Of a DNA stretch of 64,000 nt, positions 27,967 through 36,599 are shown in pieces. Below the pieces are notes generated by a model. That model saw only the letters and a program-made list of their open reading frames with translations. It had not been told where the DNA came from and did no database searches. Origin of the DNA: an uncultured Erysipelotrichaceae bacterium (lineage in GTDB: Bacteria; Bacillota_I; Bacilli_A; RF39; UBA660); assembly GCA_963535465.1 (NCBI GenBank), contig CAUSWF010000002.1, positions 64,606 through 128,605 on the forward strand, given 5' to 3'. Numbering within the stretch: the stretch's first letter is position 1; each line of letters starts with the position of its first letter. Position numbers and translations under genes: made by a program.

Positions 27967-28194
27967 ATGAAAAAGTTTAAAGGACACGTATTACCAGATG
28001 ATTTATTTTATATGATTGTATCATATAGTGAAAAAACTAAATGGCAATGGTTTAAAGATAATAATTTAACTATTCCTGAAGATTTTGGTTTTTCATTAGT
28101 TAAGAAAATATCTAAAGAACAATTGAATGATTTAATTAATTATGCTGTTAAATATAATATAGATAACATTAAATATGAAACTGAAGACTATTAA
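27967..28194 (+). CDS. Small hypothetical protein, paralog of 25376..25585
   Basis: ORF-track ORF. It follows a tRNA, as its paralog does. Confidence 0.5.
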   Translation: MKKFKGHVLPDDLFYMIVSYSEKTKWQWFKDNNLTIPEDFGFSLVKKISKEQLNDLINYAVKYNIDNIKYETEDY

Positions 28195-28558
28195 AAAATA
28201 TTTATTTAACGAAATTAATTTACTTACAGATAAAAAATGTAAGCCAGCACAAAATAGTAATTTATTGTTAATGTTCAGTGAACATAAAAAATATAGAAAA
28301 CCGTTCAACGGTTTAAATTTTTATAGAAAAAGATGTAATTTTTATGATACATCTGAAGCTTGTGAACTAATGGCTGAACATTTTTGGGAATTTGAAAAAT
28401 ATGAATGGTTTCAATTAATGATATTAATTAATGAATTACCCCTTGAATATTCTGGAGTTCCATTTAAATTAAAAGCTTATGCCAACGCATATTGTGATTG
28501 GTTTAAAAGAAATTTACCTGAATTATGGGAAGATTATAAAGAAGCACATAGAGAATAA
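28175..28558 (+). CDS. Hypothetical protein
   Basis: ORF-track ORF. Confidence 0.5.
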   Translation: MKLKTIKKYLFNEINLLTDKKCKPAQNSNLLLMFSEHKKYRKPFNGLNFYRKRCNFYDTSEACELMAEHFWEFEKYEWFQLMILINELPLEYSGVPFKLKAYANAYCDWFKRNLPELWEDYKEAHRE

Positions 28559-28562
28559 AAAT

Positions 28563-28751
28563 ATGAAAATAAAATATACAGAATATTTAGATGTCCCAGG
28601 ATTATTTGAAAACAATAATACCATAGATGATATTATAGCAGACCTTCAAAATTTGAAAGAAGCACATCCTGATACATCACATATAGATTTTATTTATGAT
28701 GATGGTTATGACTATAAATCTTCATTTGTCCAAATTAATTATTATATATAA
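28563..28751 (+). CDS. Hypothetical protein
   Basis: In-frame ATG 28563 within track ORF 28479..28751. This start avoids the overlap with the upstream gene. Confidence 0.45.
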   Translation: MKIKYTEYLDVPGLFENNNTIDDIIADLQNLKEAHPDTSHIDFIYDDGYDYKSSFVQINYYI

Positions 28752-28766
28752 TAAAAATTTTTAATT

Positions 28767-29540
28767 ATGAATCTTTTTAAAAAGAAAAAATATAAAATTC
28801 TAAAAGATGATTTTAGAATAATTGATGGTATTAAAGTTTATAGAATACAAGCTTTAAAATCATTTGCTAATGTAAAGAAAGGCGATTTAGGAGGATTTAT
28901 ACAATCTGAAGAAAATCTTTCACAACAAAATACTTGTTGGATATATGATGTAGCTATAGTTAAAGATGAAGTTAAAGTTCTAGACGATGCTAAAGTTTTT
29001 TCAAATTCTATATTAAGAGGTGTATTTACAGTAGAAGATGCTTGTAGTATTGTTGATTCCACTATTAAAGTTAAATTATGTGGTAGTATAAAAGATGGTA
29101 TACATCTTTGCGAAACTAATATAGATTCATATACTATGACACTTAAGACTGGAGTATTAAATAATAATGATATATATGCTACCAATTTAACAGTAATCGA
29201 CTCTTCTTTAAAATATGTAACTTGCAATGAAAGTAATTTATATTTTAATAATAGTTATTTATATGATGTAAAAATTAATAATTCTGTAACTTTAAATCAA
29301 GTAATGGCAAAACAAACTGAAATATCTTCAAATTCTGATATTTTTGTTTTTTTAAATAATTGGTCTAGCTTACGTTATTTTAATTACGTAGTTCCTAATA
29401 AGACTTGGTATGTTGGCTGTTTTATAGGTTCAGGAGAAGAACTTATTAAAAAAGCTTATAAAGACAGTGAATTATCTGGAAAAATGTATGAGAAATATGT
29501 TAAGTTTATAGAAAAACTAAATGAAGATAAGAACCCTTAG
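28767..29540 (+). CDS. Hypothetical protein (257 aa), repetitive beta-rich sequence
   Basis: ORF-track ORF. It ends in TAG (29538-40). Confidence 0.5.
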   Translation: MNLFKKKKYKILKDDFRIIDGIKVYRIQALKSFANVKKGDLGGFIQSEENLSQQNTCWIYDVAIVKDEVKVLDDAKVFSNSILRGVFTVEDACSIVDSTIKVKLCGSIKDGIHLCETNIDSYTMTLKTGVLNNNDIYATNLTVIDSSLKYVTCNESNLYFNNSYLYDVKINNSVTLNQVMAKQTEISSNSDIFVFLNNWSSLRYFNYVVPNKTWYVGCFIGSGEELIKKAYKDSELSGKMYEKYVKFIEKLNEDKNP

Positions 29541-29580
29541 AAAACGTCTTTTCTATAATTATTCTTTTTAAATAAAAAAT

Positions 29581-29718
29581 ATGGAAAAAATAATTCATCT
29601 ATATATAATTAATGAATGTGGTAAGAAATGCCCAATGTGTTGTAATAAGTTTTATAATATGGTTAAACTCCCCAGGGACTACAACCGGAATATTTCCGGA
29701 CACGGTCGCTTAGTGTGA
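29581..29718 (+). pseudogene. Truncated ORF with a CxxxCxxC (radical-SAM-like) N-terminus running into structured non-coding sequence
   Basis: MEKIIHLYIINECGKKCPMCCNKFYNM.... From about 29662 the reading frame enters G+C-richer hairpin sequence and stops at 29716-18. Confidence 0.3.
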
Positions 29719-30127
29719 ACGACAGCACGTTTAATATTTTGCAGTGTGAAGAATGAGTGATTTAATTAACCTTTCTAAGTTGAGGATATAATTTAGTTGC
29801 TCGAATACCCAGAGAACGCGTAAAACAGGGACTTTTGTATAGTTAAGTATAAAAACTATATAAGCAATATTGTATTTGCTATTAGCAATATTGTGATTAC
29901 TCTACCTACTGAGTAAGGGTCTATGTAATTATAGGCTAGGAGTGTAGGGAATAGTGGGTACAGCCTAAATTACATTATAGGAACTTCTGTACGGCGAAAC
30001 TAGAGGATGATTACTATGGATATGCGATTACATATCTAATCTGGTTGAATATTAATGTTAGTAGAGCATATATTAATTCTTTAAAAGAACAGCTACCTCT
30101 ACTTAGGATTAATCCTGTTCTTTATTT
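29662..30127 (+). ncRNA. About 470-nt structured non-coding RNA candidate abutting tRNA-Glu
   Basis: No ORF of 60 aa or more on either strand between 29541 and 30304. Hairpins include ccggaa-tat-ttccgg (29685-99), gtcg..cgac (29705-23), a roughly 60-nt imperfect hairpin at 29921-29980, and a duplicated AGCAATATTGT. Confidence 0.45.
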
Positions 30128-30199
30128 AGCCTCATCGTCTAACGGTCAGGACATAAGGTTTTCATCCTTGTAATTGGAGTTCGATTTTCCATGAGATTA
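30128..30199 (+). tRNA. tRNA-Glu (UUC)
   Basis: D arm TCGTCTAACGGTCAGGAC. Anticodon arm TAAGG TTTTCAT CCTTG. T arm TGGAG TTCGATT TTCCA. Acceptor AGCCTCA/TGAGATT has one C-A mismatch. Confidence 0.7.
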
Positions 30200-30304
30200 C
30201 TTAATTTAAAATAAAAAATTATAGCAGCAGCTGATAAAATTTACTGTAAATATTACAGTGATTATTACACATTTAAAAAATGGATAGAAAAATACAGACC
30301 AAGT

Positions 30305-30511
30305 TTGTTAGAAATTTTTGCTTTGTATGATTCGCAACAATGGGAAGATATAATTGAAAATAGTCACGATGAAGACCTTTTTGTATGTTATTTTCCTTAT
30401 TACTTAACTAAATGGCTTCTTTGGCGATGTCCTGTTAGTATCATTAGAGAAGAATTAGAAGAAAGAGGATATGAAACAAAATGGTATCATAAATTGTTTT
30501 TTAAGTATTAA
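30305..30511 (+). CDS. Hypothetical protein
   Basis: ORF-track ORF with a TTG start. The frame is open upstream to 30219 without an ATG. Confidence 0.4.
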   Translation: MLEIFALYDSQQWEDIIENSHDEDLFVCYFPYYLTKWLLWRCPVSIIREELEERGYETKWYHKLFFKY

Positions 30512-30514
30512 ACT

Positions 30515-30847
30515 ATGAATAAAGATGAATTATTTAAATTAAACTCAGAAATAACTGATTTAGAAATAAAATTAGCTAAATTAAAGAGTAAGAGGAAACA
30601 ACTACAAAATAATATAGACTGTTTAATCGGAAGCTATCTTACTAGAGGTAAGTTTTATTATAAAATACTATCTATAAATAAAGAGAAACAAACAATAGAA
30701 GCTTTATGTATAAATTACGAAGACGAAGAATATAGTATCTCTTTTCTTCCAGCTTTAAATTTTGAATATATTAATGGTTTAGCTTTAATGTCTTCAAAAG
30801 TATTTGAAAAACTGTATAAAGAAGTAATGGAAAAAATATCTAAATAA
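30515..30847 (+). CDS. Hypothetical protein
   Basis: ORF-track ORF. Confidence 0.5.
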   Translation: MNKDELFKLNSEITDLEIKLAKLKSKRKQLQNNIDCLIGSYLTRGKFYYKILSINKEKQTIEALCINYEDEEYSISFLPALNFEYINGLALMSSKVFEKLYKEVMEKISK

Positions 30848-30849
30848 TT

Positions 30850-31099
30850 ATGTTAGTATTTTTAATTTATATATTAGGAAATATTATTGCTTTCTTTTTA
30901 TCTTTACATGTACTTTATTATTATAGTAAAAATAATAGTTATATGGTAAAACACCAAAGAAGATTTTTTTGAAGAAGAAAGTCCGTTTATTATATTTGCA
31001 TTTATATTTTCTTGGGTTGGAGTACTTGGGTGCTTAATGTGTTATATTGGTATTTTATTTAATAAATTTATAAATTATTTATCTAATAAATGGTTTTAA
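30850..31099 (+). pseudogene. Small multi-TM protein gene split by a T7 homopolymer
   Basis: ATG 30850 gives MLVFLIYILGNIIAFFLSLHV...RRFF, with TGA at 30970. The +1 frame from 30971 continues as EEESPFIIFAFIFSWVGVLGCLMCYIGILF...KWF and has no start codon. Confidence 0.35.
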
Positions 31100-31782
31100 T
31101 GAATAAAGGAACTATTACTAAATTTAAGAATTGGATTTTAGAAAATTCAAATCTTAAGCTTTTAGAGAGTAAATCTACTGAAAGTATATATCTTACAAAT
31201 GATTCTTTAAAAATTAGAATTTCTGACCATATACAGGGTTCAGATCGTTCTAATATTCGATTTGATATAAGTATATTTATTCCAGAAGAAAGTAAACAAT
31301 ATATAGTTTCTATTGGATATAAAATTTATATTTATAATACTTTACTCGAAGTAAAGAATTTGTTAATATCTGTATTTAGAATTAACTTAGGAATTGACAC
31401 TACTACTATTAATAAAGCTGTAAATAAACAAAAAGAAGCAAATAAAGAAATTAACAGTGCATTATCGCAACAAATAGCTAATTTATCTAAGAAAAATAAT
31501 AAGTATAAAGTAAGACTAGCTAAGCTTAGTGAAAAAGCAACTAAATATGATAAACTAACGAAAGTTCATAATAAAAAATTAAAAGAGTACCAAAAGCTAC
31601 AAGCAAAATGTGGTTCTTTTATGAATGATATTTCGAAAGCTAAAGATATAATATCTGAATTGCAAAATAATCCCGATGCTAGAAAAGCTATTCAAATCTC
31701 TGATAAAACTTATTATATTGATAATTTTCCTAAGGATATACAAGACTTATTAAAAGAATCAATTCAGTATTATAACCAATAA
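31090..31782 (+). CDS. Hypothetical coiled-coil protein
   Basis: ORF-track ORF. Confidence 0.5.
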   Translation: MVLMNKGTITKFKNWILENSNLKLLESKSTESIYLTNDSLKIRISDHIQGSDRSNIRFDISIFIPEESKQYIVSIGYKIYIYNTLLEVKNLLISVFRINLGIDTTTINKAVNKQKEANKEINSALSQQIANLSKKNNKYKVRLAKLSEKATKYDKLTKVHNKKLKEYQKLQAKCGSFMNDISKAKDIISELQNNPDARKAIQISDKTYYIDNFPKDIQDLLKESIQYYNQ

Positions 31783-31787
31783 AAGTT

Positions 31788-31858
31788 TGGGATATGGTGT
31801 AATGGTAACACAGCGGGTTTTGATCCCACTATTCCTGGTTCGAATCCGGATATCCCAA
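31788..31858 (+). tRNA. tRNA-Gln (UUG)
   Basis: Acceptor TGGGATA/TATCCCA (U1-A72). D arm GGTGTAATGGTAACAC. Anticodon loop TTTTGAT. T arm CCTGG TTCGAAT CCGGA. Confidence 0.8.
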
Positions 31859-32018
31859 CAAAATAATTTACTAATTAAATTAAAAAATTATGAGTAAGAA
31901 AAATTTTGTAAATCTTATGCAAAAAAAGCATAAGGAGTTTGTTCAGTTTGCTAATGCAACTAACTATTATAAAAAACATAATATTGAAAATTTTTTAACT
32001 AAAGAATACGAATAAATT

Positions 32019-32498
32019 ATGGAAACAAGAGAATTAGTAATTACTATCCCAGAAGGATATGAAATTGATAAAGAAAATTCAACTTTCGAATGTATTAAGT
32101 TTAAAAAGAAAGTTAAGAAAATAGATACTTGGGATGATTTAGATAATATTTCTGGATATATGATAAATAATATGTCAGAAATTATTACTATACCTGTAAT
32201 TTCTGCAGAAGATATGGATAAAAATGTATTTATATCTGAAAAATATGCAAAAGCAGCATTAGCTTTAGCTCAAATCTCTCAGCTTATGCCTTATTATGGT
32301 GGTGAGATAACTGAAGAAGAGTGGAAAAATGTTAGGCTGAAAAAGTATGGAGTGTTATTGTACAATAGTAAAATAGCAACAAACATCTACTATGATACAA
32401 AACAAATGATTGGTTTCCATACAGAAGAACAGTTAAATAGATTTCTATATTTCCCAGAGAATATACAACTCGTAAAGGACTTATACATGGTAGGTTAA
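32019..32498 (+). CDS. Hypothetical protein
   Basis: ORF-track ORF. Confidence 0.5.
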   Translation: METRELVITIPEGYEIDKENSTFECIKFKKKVKKIDTWDDLDNISGYMINNMSEIITIPVISAEDMDKNVFISEKYAKAALALAQISQLMPYYGGEITEEEWKNVRLKKYGVLLYNSKIATNIYYDTKQMIGFHTEEQLNRFLYFPENIQLVKDLYMVG

Positions 32499-32583
32499 AA
32501 TAAAATAAAACAAAAATGTTGTAGGGATTTTGTACCTAAAGGGTTTTATTGAGGGTTAATAGATTACCTACTTTTTAAATATT

Positions 32584-33132
32584 ATGGATAATTTAGAAAA
32601 TTATTGTAAATTCCACAAAAAAATTTATTTTATAGATACTAATGGAGTTATTTACAAATACATTTATAATAGAAATACTTTTATAAAATTAACTCATTGG
32701 TCTATGGGTGAGGATCGTAGAATTTCTATTGAATATTTATCTAAAAAATATACTAATAAAGAATTAAAAATCCTTACTTCACAAAAAGCTAATGAATTAA
32801 CTAACCAATATTGGAATAATCTTACCAGAGAATGGGAATATGATGGGAGAAAATATAAAGTATTATCTATAAAAGATGCACTTACTCAAAATATTGACCC
32901 TGAAGATGATGGTAAATTACATATTTTTCCTGAAGAGTATTTTAGATATTATGTCGGTTTATATCGAAATAGAATAATTTGGTATACTTATACTTCTTAT
33001 AATTGTTCTTGTTTAATATTTAAATTTGCAGATATAAATAAACAACCATCAGTACTTAATGATTTTTGTGGATATATTAGTAGGAAAGGTATTCAACCTA
33101 TCTTAGACTGTGAAACTAATGAATTTATTTAA
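32584..33132 (+). CDS. Hypothetical protein
   Basis: ORF-track ORF. Confidence 0.5.
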   Translation: MDNLENYCKFHKKIYFIDTNGVIYKYIYNRNTFIKLTHWSMGEDRRISIEYLSKKYTNKELKILTSQKANELTNQYWNNLTREWEYDGRKYKVLSIKDALTQNIDPEDDGKLHIFPEEYFRYYVGLYRNRIIWYTYTSYNCSCLIFKFADINKQPSVLNDFCGYISRKGIQPILDCETNEFI

Positions 33133-33423
33133 AATATAATTATATAATGGACTGATTGTTTATGTTCGTTCAGTTTAAAAGAAGGATACAATATGTTGAA
33201 AACAACGGGAAAGCAATGTAAGTAATGAAGGCTTCGACACCGAACCAACTATATAATTTTAATTATGGGAAAACTTTTAAATCAATTAAAAAATTATTTC
33301 GAAAATACTCCTAAAGAAGTATTAGAGAAAGAAGCAAAAAAATTAGACTATCTCAATAAAATAGGTCCAGATGTTTTAGAGTATGCTAAAATAGTTAGAG
33401 GATATTAAATTTAATATATAAAA

Positions 33424-33612
33424 ATGAATACAATACAAGCTATATTGGTTATTCCAATAATATTTCTTGGATGGGTTTATTTTGCAGCTATTACTTCTTT
33501 GTGGCAAGATTATGTTAAAATAAATAATGTGGTTATTAATAGTTTATTATACCTATCATGTATGGCTATATCTACTATTCCATTTATACATTTACTAAAA
33601 TTAATTTATTAA
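33424..33612 (+). CDS. Small membrane protein
   Basis: ORF-track ORF with two hydrophobic segments. Confidence 0.45.
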   Translation: MNTIQAILVIPIIFLGWVYFAAITSLWQDYVKINNVVINSLLYLSCMAISTIPFIHLLKLIY

Positions 33613-33616
33613 AAAT

Positions 33617-34684
33617 ATGAAAAAATTTATTATTTTTATGATGGCTACTATGTTTAGCCTCATCACCAATGCTCAAACAGCATTACAAACAACTAAAGTA
33701 CTTGATAATACCTATATTGGTATTAATGGCGGTGTTACTACTCCTATGAGTTTAGATAAAGCACTTCCACTTAATCCAACTTTTGGTATTCGAGTAGGCA
33801 AGGACTTTACTCCAGTTATTGGTATAAATGTAGAAGGAACTACATGGTTTGGTTCTAATTTTGATCTTAAAATTGGTAAGAATATGTTTAGAGCAGTTAA
33901 TGTAGGTGTAAATCCAACTATTAACTTAACTAATCTATTTAAAGGTTATAATGGATCTCCTCGTAAGTTAGAATTTATAACTGTAACAGGTCTTGGTTGG
34001 TTGCATAACTTTGGAAATTCCAATAATTATCTTACATCTAAGATGGCTATAGATATGGTATGGAATCCATGCTCATTCTTAAGTTTTTATATAGAACCTG
34101 GAGTATTTTGGAATCTTAATCAAGGAAAGAATCAATTAACAAAAGTTTCTGGATTCTATGATAAACCTATGAATACTATGCCTTATGTAATTCAAGATAT
34201 TACACAATATAATAAAGTACAATTTACTAAAAACGGTGCTCAGTTATTTGTAAATGTAGGTATTACTTATAAATTTAAGACATCTAATGGAACTCATAAT
34301 TTTAAATTGTATAATATTGGTGATTTAAATAATGAAATTAATTCTCTTAGAAATGAACTTAATAAGAAACCTACAGAGATAATTAAAACAAAAACTAATA
34401 CTGTTGTTAATAATGTAGGTACTTATGTAATATTCTTTGCACAAGGTAGTTCTGAACTTTCTAATGATGCTTTACGTACTCTTGATAAAGTTAAAGGAGA
34501 TGTTATAGTTGAAGGTTTCGCTTCTCCAGAAGGATCTGCTGAGTTTAATCAAACTCTATCTGAAGAACGTGCTAAAATAGTTACTACATTCTTAAAATTA
34601 AAGAAAGTAAATGTTATTGAATCTGTTGGAAGAGGTGCTACAAGTAATACTTCTAATAGAGTAGTAATTGTTACTAATAAATAA
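33617..34684 (+). CDS. OmpA-family outer-membrane protein (signal peptide, beta-barrel-like N-domain, OmpA_C domain)
   Basis: MKKFIIFMMATMFSLITNAQT is a signal peptide. The C-terminus FAQGSSELSNDAL...VEGFASPEGSAEFNQTLSEERAKIV matches the OmpA C-terminal peptidoglycan-binding pattern. Confidence 0.7.
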   Translation: MKKFIIFMMATMFSLITNAQTALQTTKVLDNTYIGINGGVTTPMSLDKALPLNPTFGIRVGKDFTPVIGINVEGTTWFGSNFDLKIGKNMFRAVNVGVNPTINLTNLFKGYNGSPRKLEFITVTGLGWLHNFGNSNNYLTSKMAIDMVWNPCSFLSFYIEPGVFWNLNQGKNQLTKVSGFYDKPMNTMPYVIQDITQYNKVQFTKNGAQLFVNVGITYKFKTSNGTHNFKLYNIGDLNNEINSLRNELNKKPTEIIKTKTNTVVNNVGTYVIFFAQGSSELSNDALRTLDKVKGDVIVEGFASPEGSAEFNQTLSEERAKIVTTFLKLKKVNVIESVGRGATSNTSNRVVIVTNK

Positions 34685-34694
34685 TATTAAAAAA

Positions 34695-35159
34695 ATGAAG
34701 AATCTAATTTTATTTTTAATCTGTACTTTATTTTGTTTAACTTCATGTAAAGAACATTTTTCTGATGGAGAAAGAGTTGGCGTAGTAACTAAGTTTTCTA
34801 AAGCTGGAGTAGTTTGGGATTCTTGGGATGGACATCTTAATATTACTCAAACAGGAATGAACTCAGCTGGTGAACCTTTTGCTTTTTCATTAGATAATGA
34901 TAGAAACGATCAAGATTCTATTGTAGAGTTACTTACTGAAGCACAGCTTAAAGGTTGGAAAGTTAAACTTTTATATCATCAAGTTTGGGGTTTTAAGAAT
35001 GTTTTTCATAATAGAGGTGAATCTGATTACTTTGTTGATGGTGTAGAAATACTTGATAAGAATTTTTCAAAACCTTTAGAAATTATAAATAATAATAATA
35101 AAACTAAAGGAAGTGTTATTGATACTATTTACGTAGTTATTGATAAAAATAAACAATAA
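34695..35159 (+). CDS. Lipoprotein
   Basis: ATG 34695 gives MKNLILFLICTLFCLTSCKE, with lipobox LTSC. Confidence 0.6.
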   Translation: MKNLILFLICTLFCLTSCKEHFSDGERVGVVTKFSKAGVVWDSWDGHLNITQTGMNSAGEPFAFSLDNDRNDQDSIVELLTEAQLKGWKVKLLYHQVWGFKNVFHNRGESDYFVDGVEILDKNFSKPLEIINNNNKTKGSVIDTIYVVIDKNKQ

Positions 35160-35201
35160 AAGTAGCTGAGTCTTATTAGTTCCTCATTCAAAGAACTATA
35201 A

Positions 35202-35275
35202 CTCTCCTTAGCTCAACTGCAAAGAGCAACTTTCTTCTAAAAAGTGGGTTACAAGTTGGAATCTTGTAGGAGAGA
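35202..35275 (+). tRNA. tRNA-Arg (UCU)
   Basis: Perfect acceptor CTCTCCT/AGGAGAG. D arm GCTC AACTGCAAA GAGC. Anticodon arm ACTTT CTTCTAA AAAGT. T arm ACAAG TTGGAAT CTTGT. Confidence 0.8.
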
Positions 35276-35512
35276 CTAATTAGTACTTTATTTAATATGT
35301 TTAATATATTATTTTTTTATATTCTGTTATTTCTTTGTAGGATTTATATTGTCTCTTCCTTATATATACCTTACTGATAAATATTGTAAACTAAGTAAAT
35401 ATCGTATAGAAAATTTACCTTCATTTTTACTTATTTTATTTATCTGGCCCATATGTTGGACATTTATTCCTGTAATTATATTATTAATAATTCAACATAA
35501 AATTAAAAATTC

Positions 35513-35725
35513 ATGACATTTGGAGATTTTAAAAACGAAATAACTAGAGTAATTGAAAATAGACCTAAAAATTGGAGAAAAGGTCAAACTGTATTTAATT
35601 ATATTGAATCGAAATATGATGTTGCAAGAAGTGTGCAATATAGTGATAAAATTGATTGTTTTTATGATGATTCTAAAATTGAAGAATTTATAAAAGCAGC
35701 ATATAAAAGAATTATTAATTCTTAA
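35513..35725 (+). CDS. Hypothetical protein
   Basis: ORF-track ORF. Confidence 0.45.
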   Translation: MTFGDFKNEITRVIENRPKNWRKGQTVFNYIESKYDVARSVQYSDKIDCFYDDSKIEEFIKAAYKRIINS

Positions 35726-35739
35726 AACTATTAAAGCTT

Positions 35740-35923
35740 TTGACTATATTGAAGTCTGTTAGCAATAACAGTTATAATTTAGTAAAGAGGTTAAGACTTT
35801 CTGATGTGTAGAAAGTTTGGAGCCAACCTTATTATGGGTGAGGACTCTATTCCCATATTTTACATCTTTAGTAAGATTGTATTTCAAGATTAGCTATTCG
35901 AGAAAGTATTGCATATCTTGCGT
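35740..35923 (+). ncRNA. Structured non-coding region upstream of the tmRNA
   Basis: Hairpins ctgtta-gcaa-taacag and actttct-gatgtgt-agaaagt, nested in ggtt..aacc. No ORF. It ends at a terminator. Confidence 0.3.
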
Positions 35924-35950
35924 ATAGGTGGAAATATTCCACCTATTTTT
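35924..35950 (+). terminator. Intrinsic terminator
   Basis: ataggtgg-aaatatt-ccacctat, followed by TTTTT. Confidence 0.65.
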
Positions 35951-35954
35951 ATTT

Positions 35955-36273
35955 GGGGCTGTTTGGTTTTGATTGTATAAGGAAGTAAAAATAACATGCA
36001 AAGACTGATGGAAAGACATCAATTCAAATTAAATGCTAAGGTTATTCCTATGAACAGCTTTGCTGTTCGCATTGCAGCTTAATGACTGCCGAGCTGGTAA
36101 CTTGCTTAGGAACAGAAAAGTTACAAATTTATAATTAAGTTATCCCTTCTTTAAAAAGGAAATTTTCATATTGCTAAATAATATAAAGATGATGTAACAT
36201 CTATAAAAAACTAAGCATGTAAAATTATTTGAGGTATTTATACAAGACGAGAGTTCGAATCTCTCCAGCTCCA
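35955..36273 (+). ncRNA. ssrA: tmRNA (SsrA), phage-encoded
   Basis: The 5' GGGGCTG pairs with the 3' CAGCTCC, followed by A. T arm GAGAG TTCGAAT CTCTC. The conserved ACTAAGCATGTA element is present. The tag frame 36035-36082 ends GCAGCTTAATGACTGCC, as in the E. coli GCAGCUUAAUAACCUGC, and the predicted tag is AKVIPMNSFAVRIAA. Confidence 0.85.
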
Positions 36274-36374
36274 CTTTAGTTGGCTACTGACTACAAAATA
36301 GTAGATGACTTCTAGGGCCGTTCAACATGTAAACAACCTAGGTAATGGCATACCTGTTAAAATCAAAGCATGCT

Positions 36375-36406
36375 AAGGGTACTCATAAGAGTGCCCTTTA
36401 TTTTTT
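36375..36406 (+). terminator. Intrinsic terminator downstream of tmRNA
   Basis: aagggtactc-ataa-gagtgccctt, followed by a T-run. Confidence 0.7.
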
Positions 36407-36599
36407 ATATAAATCTAAAATAAATAAAGATAAAATTAGTAAATTAATATATGGAAGAATTAATAAGAGAATATGTCATTCCTATAAAACCTGTAGAAAT
36501 GATTGATTGTAGTTATCTACCCAACAAAAAGAGTAAATCACGTGCAGGGTCAACACCCTACGCAAGTAAGAGGAAAAATAAACATAAAAAGTAAATAGT

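Noticed and set aside
28838-29227. Minus ORF antisense to 28767..29540. The same applies to 39212..39397, 41866..42114, 44610..45113, 46696..47061, 47304..47741, 48338..48535, 53141..53395, 54306..55211 and 59064..59303.
   Set aside because: All are nested in, or antisense to, genes with recognisable motifs or better tiling. They were treated as spurious.
29581-30511. Group I intron splitting a radical-SAM gene, with exon 2 after tRNA-Glu.
   Set aside because: The downstream open frame (30219-30511) has no radical-SAM features and the total coding length would be far too short. An embedded tRNA is also not expected in such an intron. The region is kept only as an ncRNA candidate.
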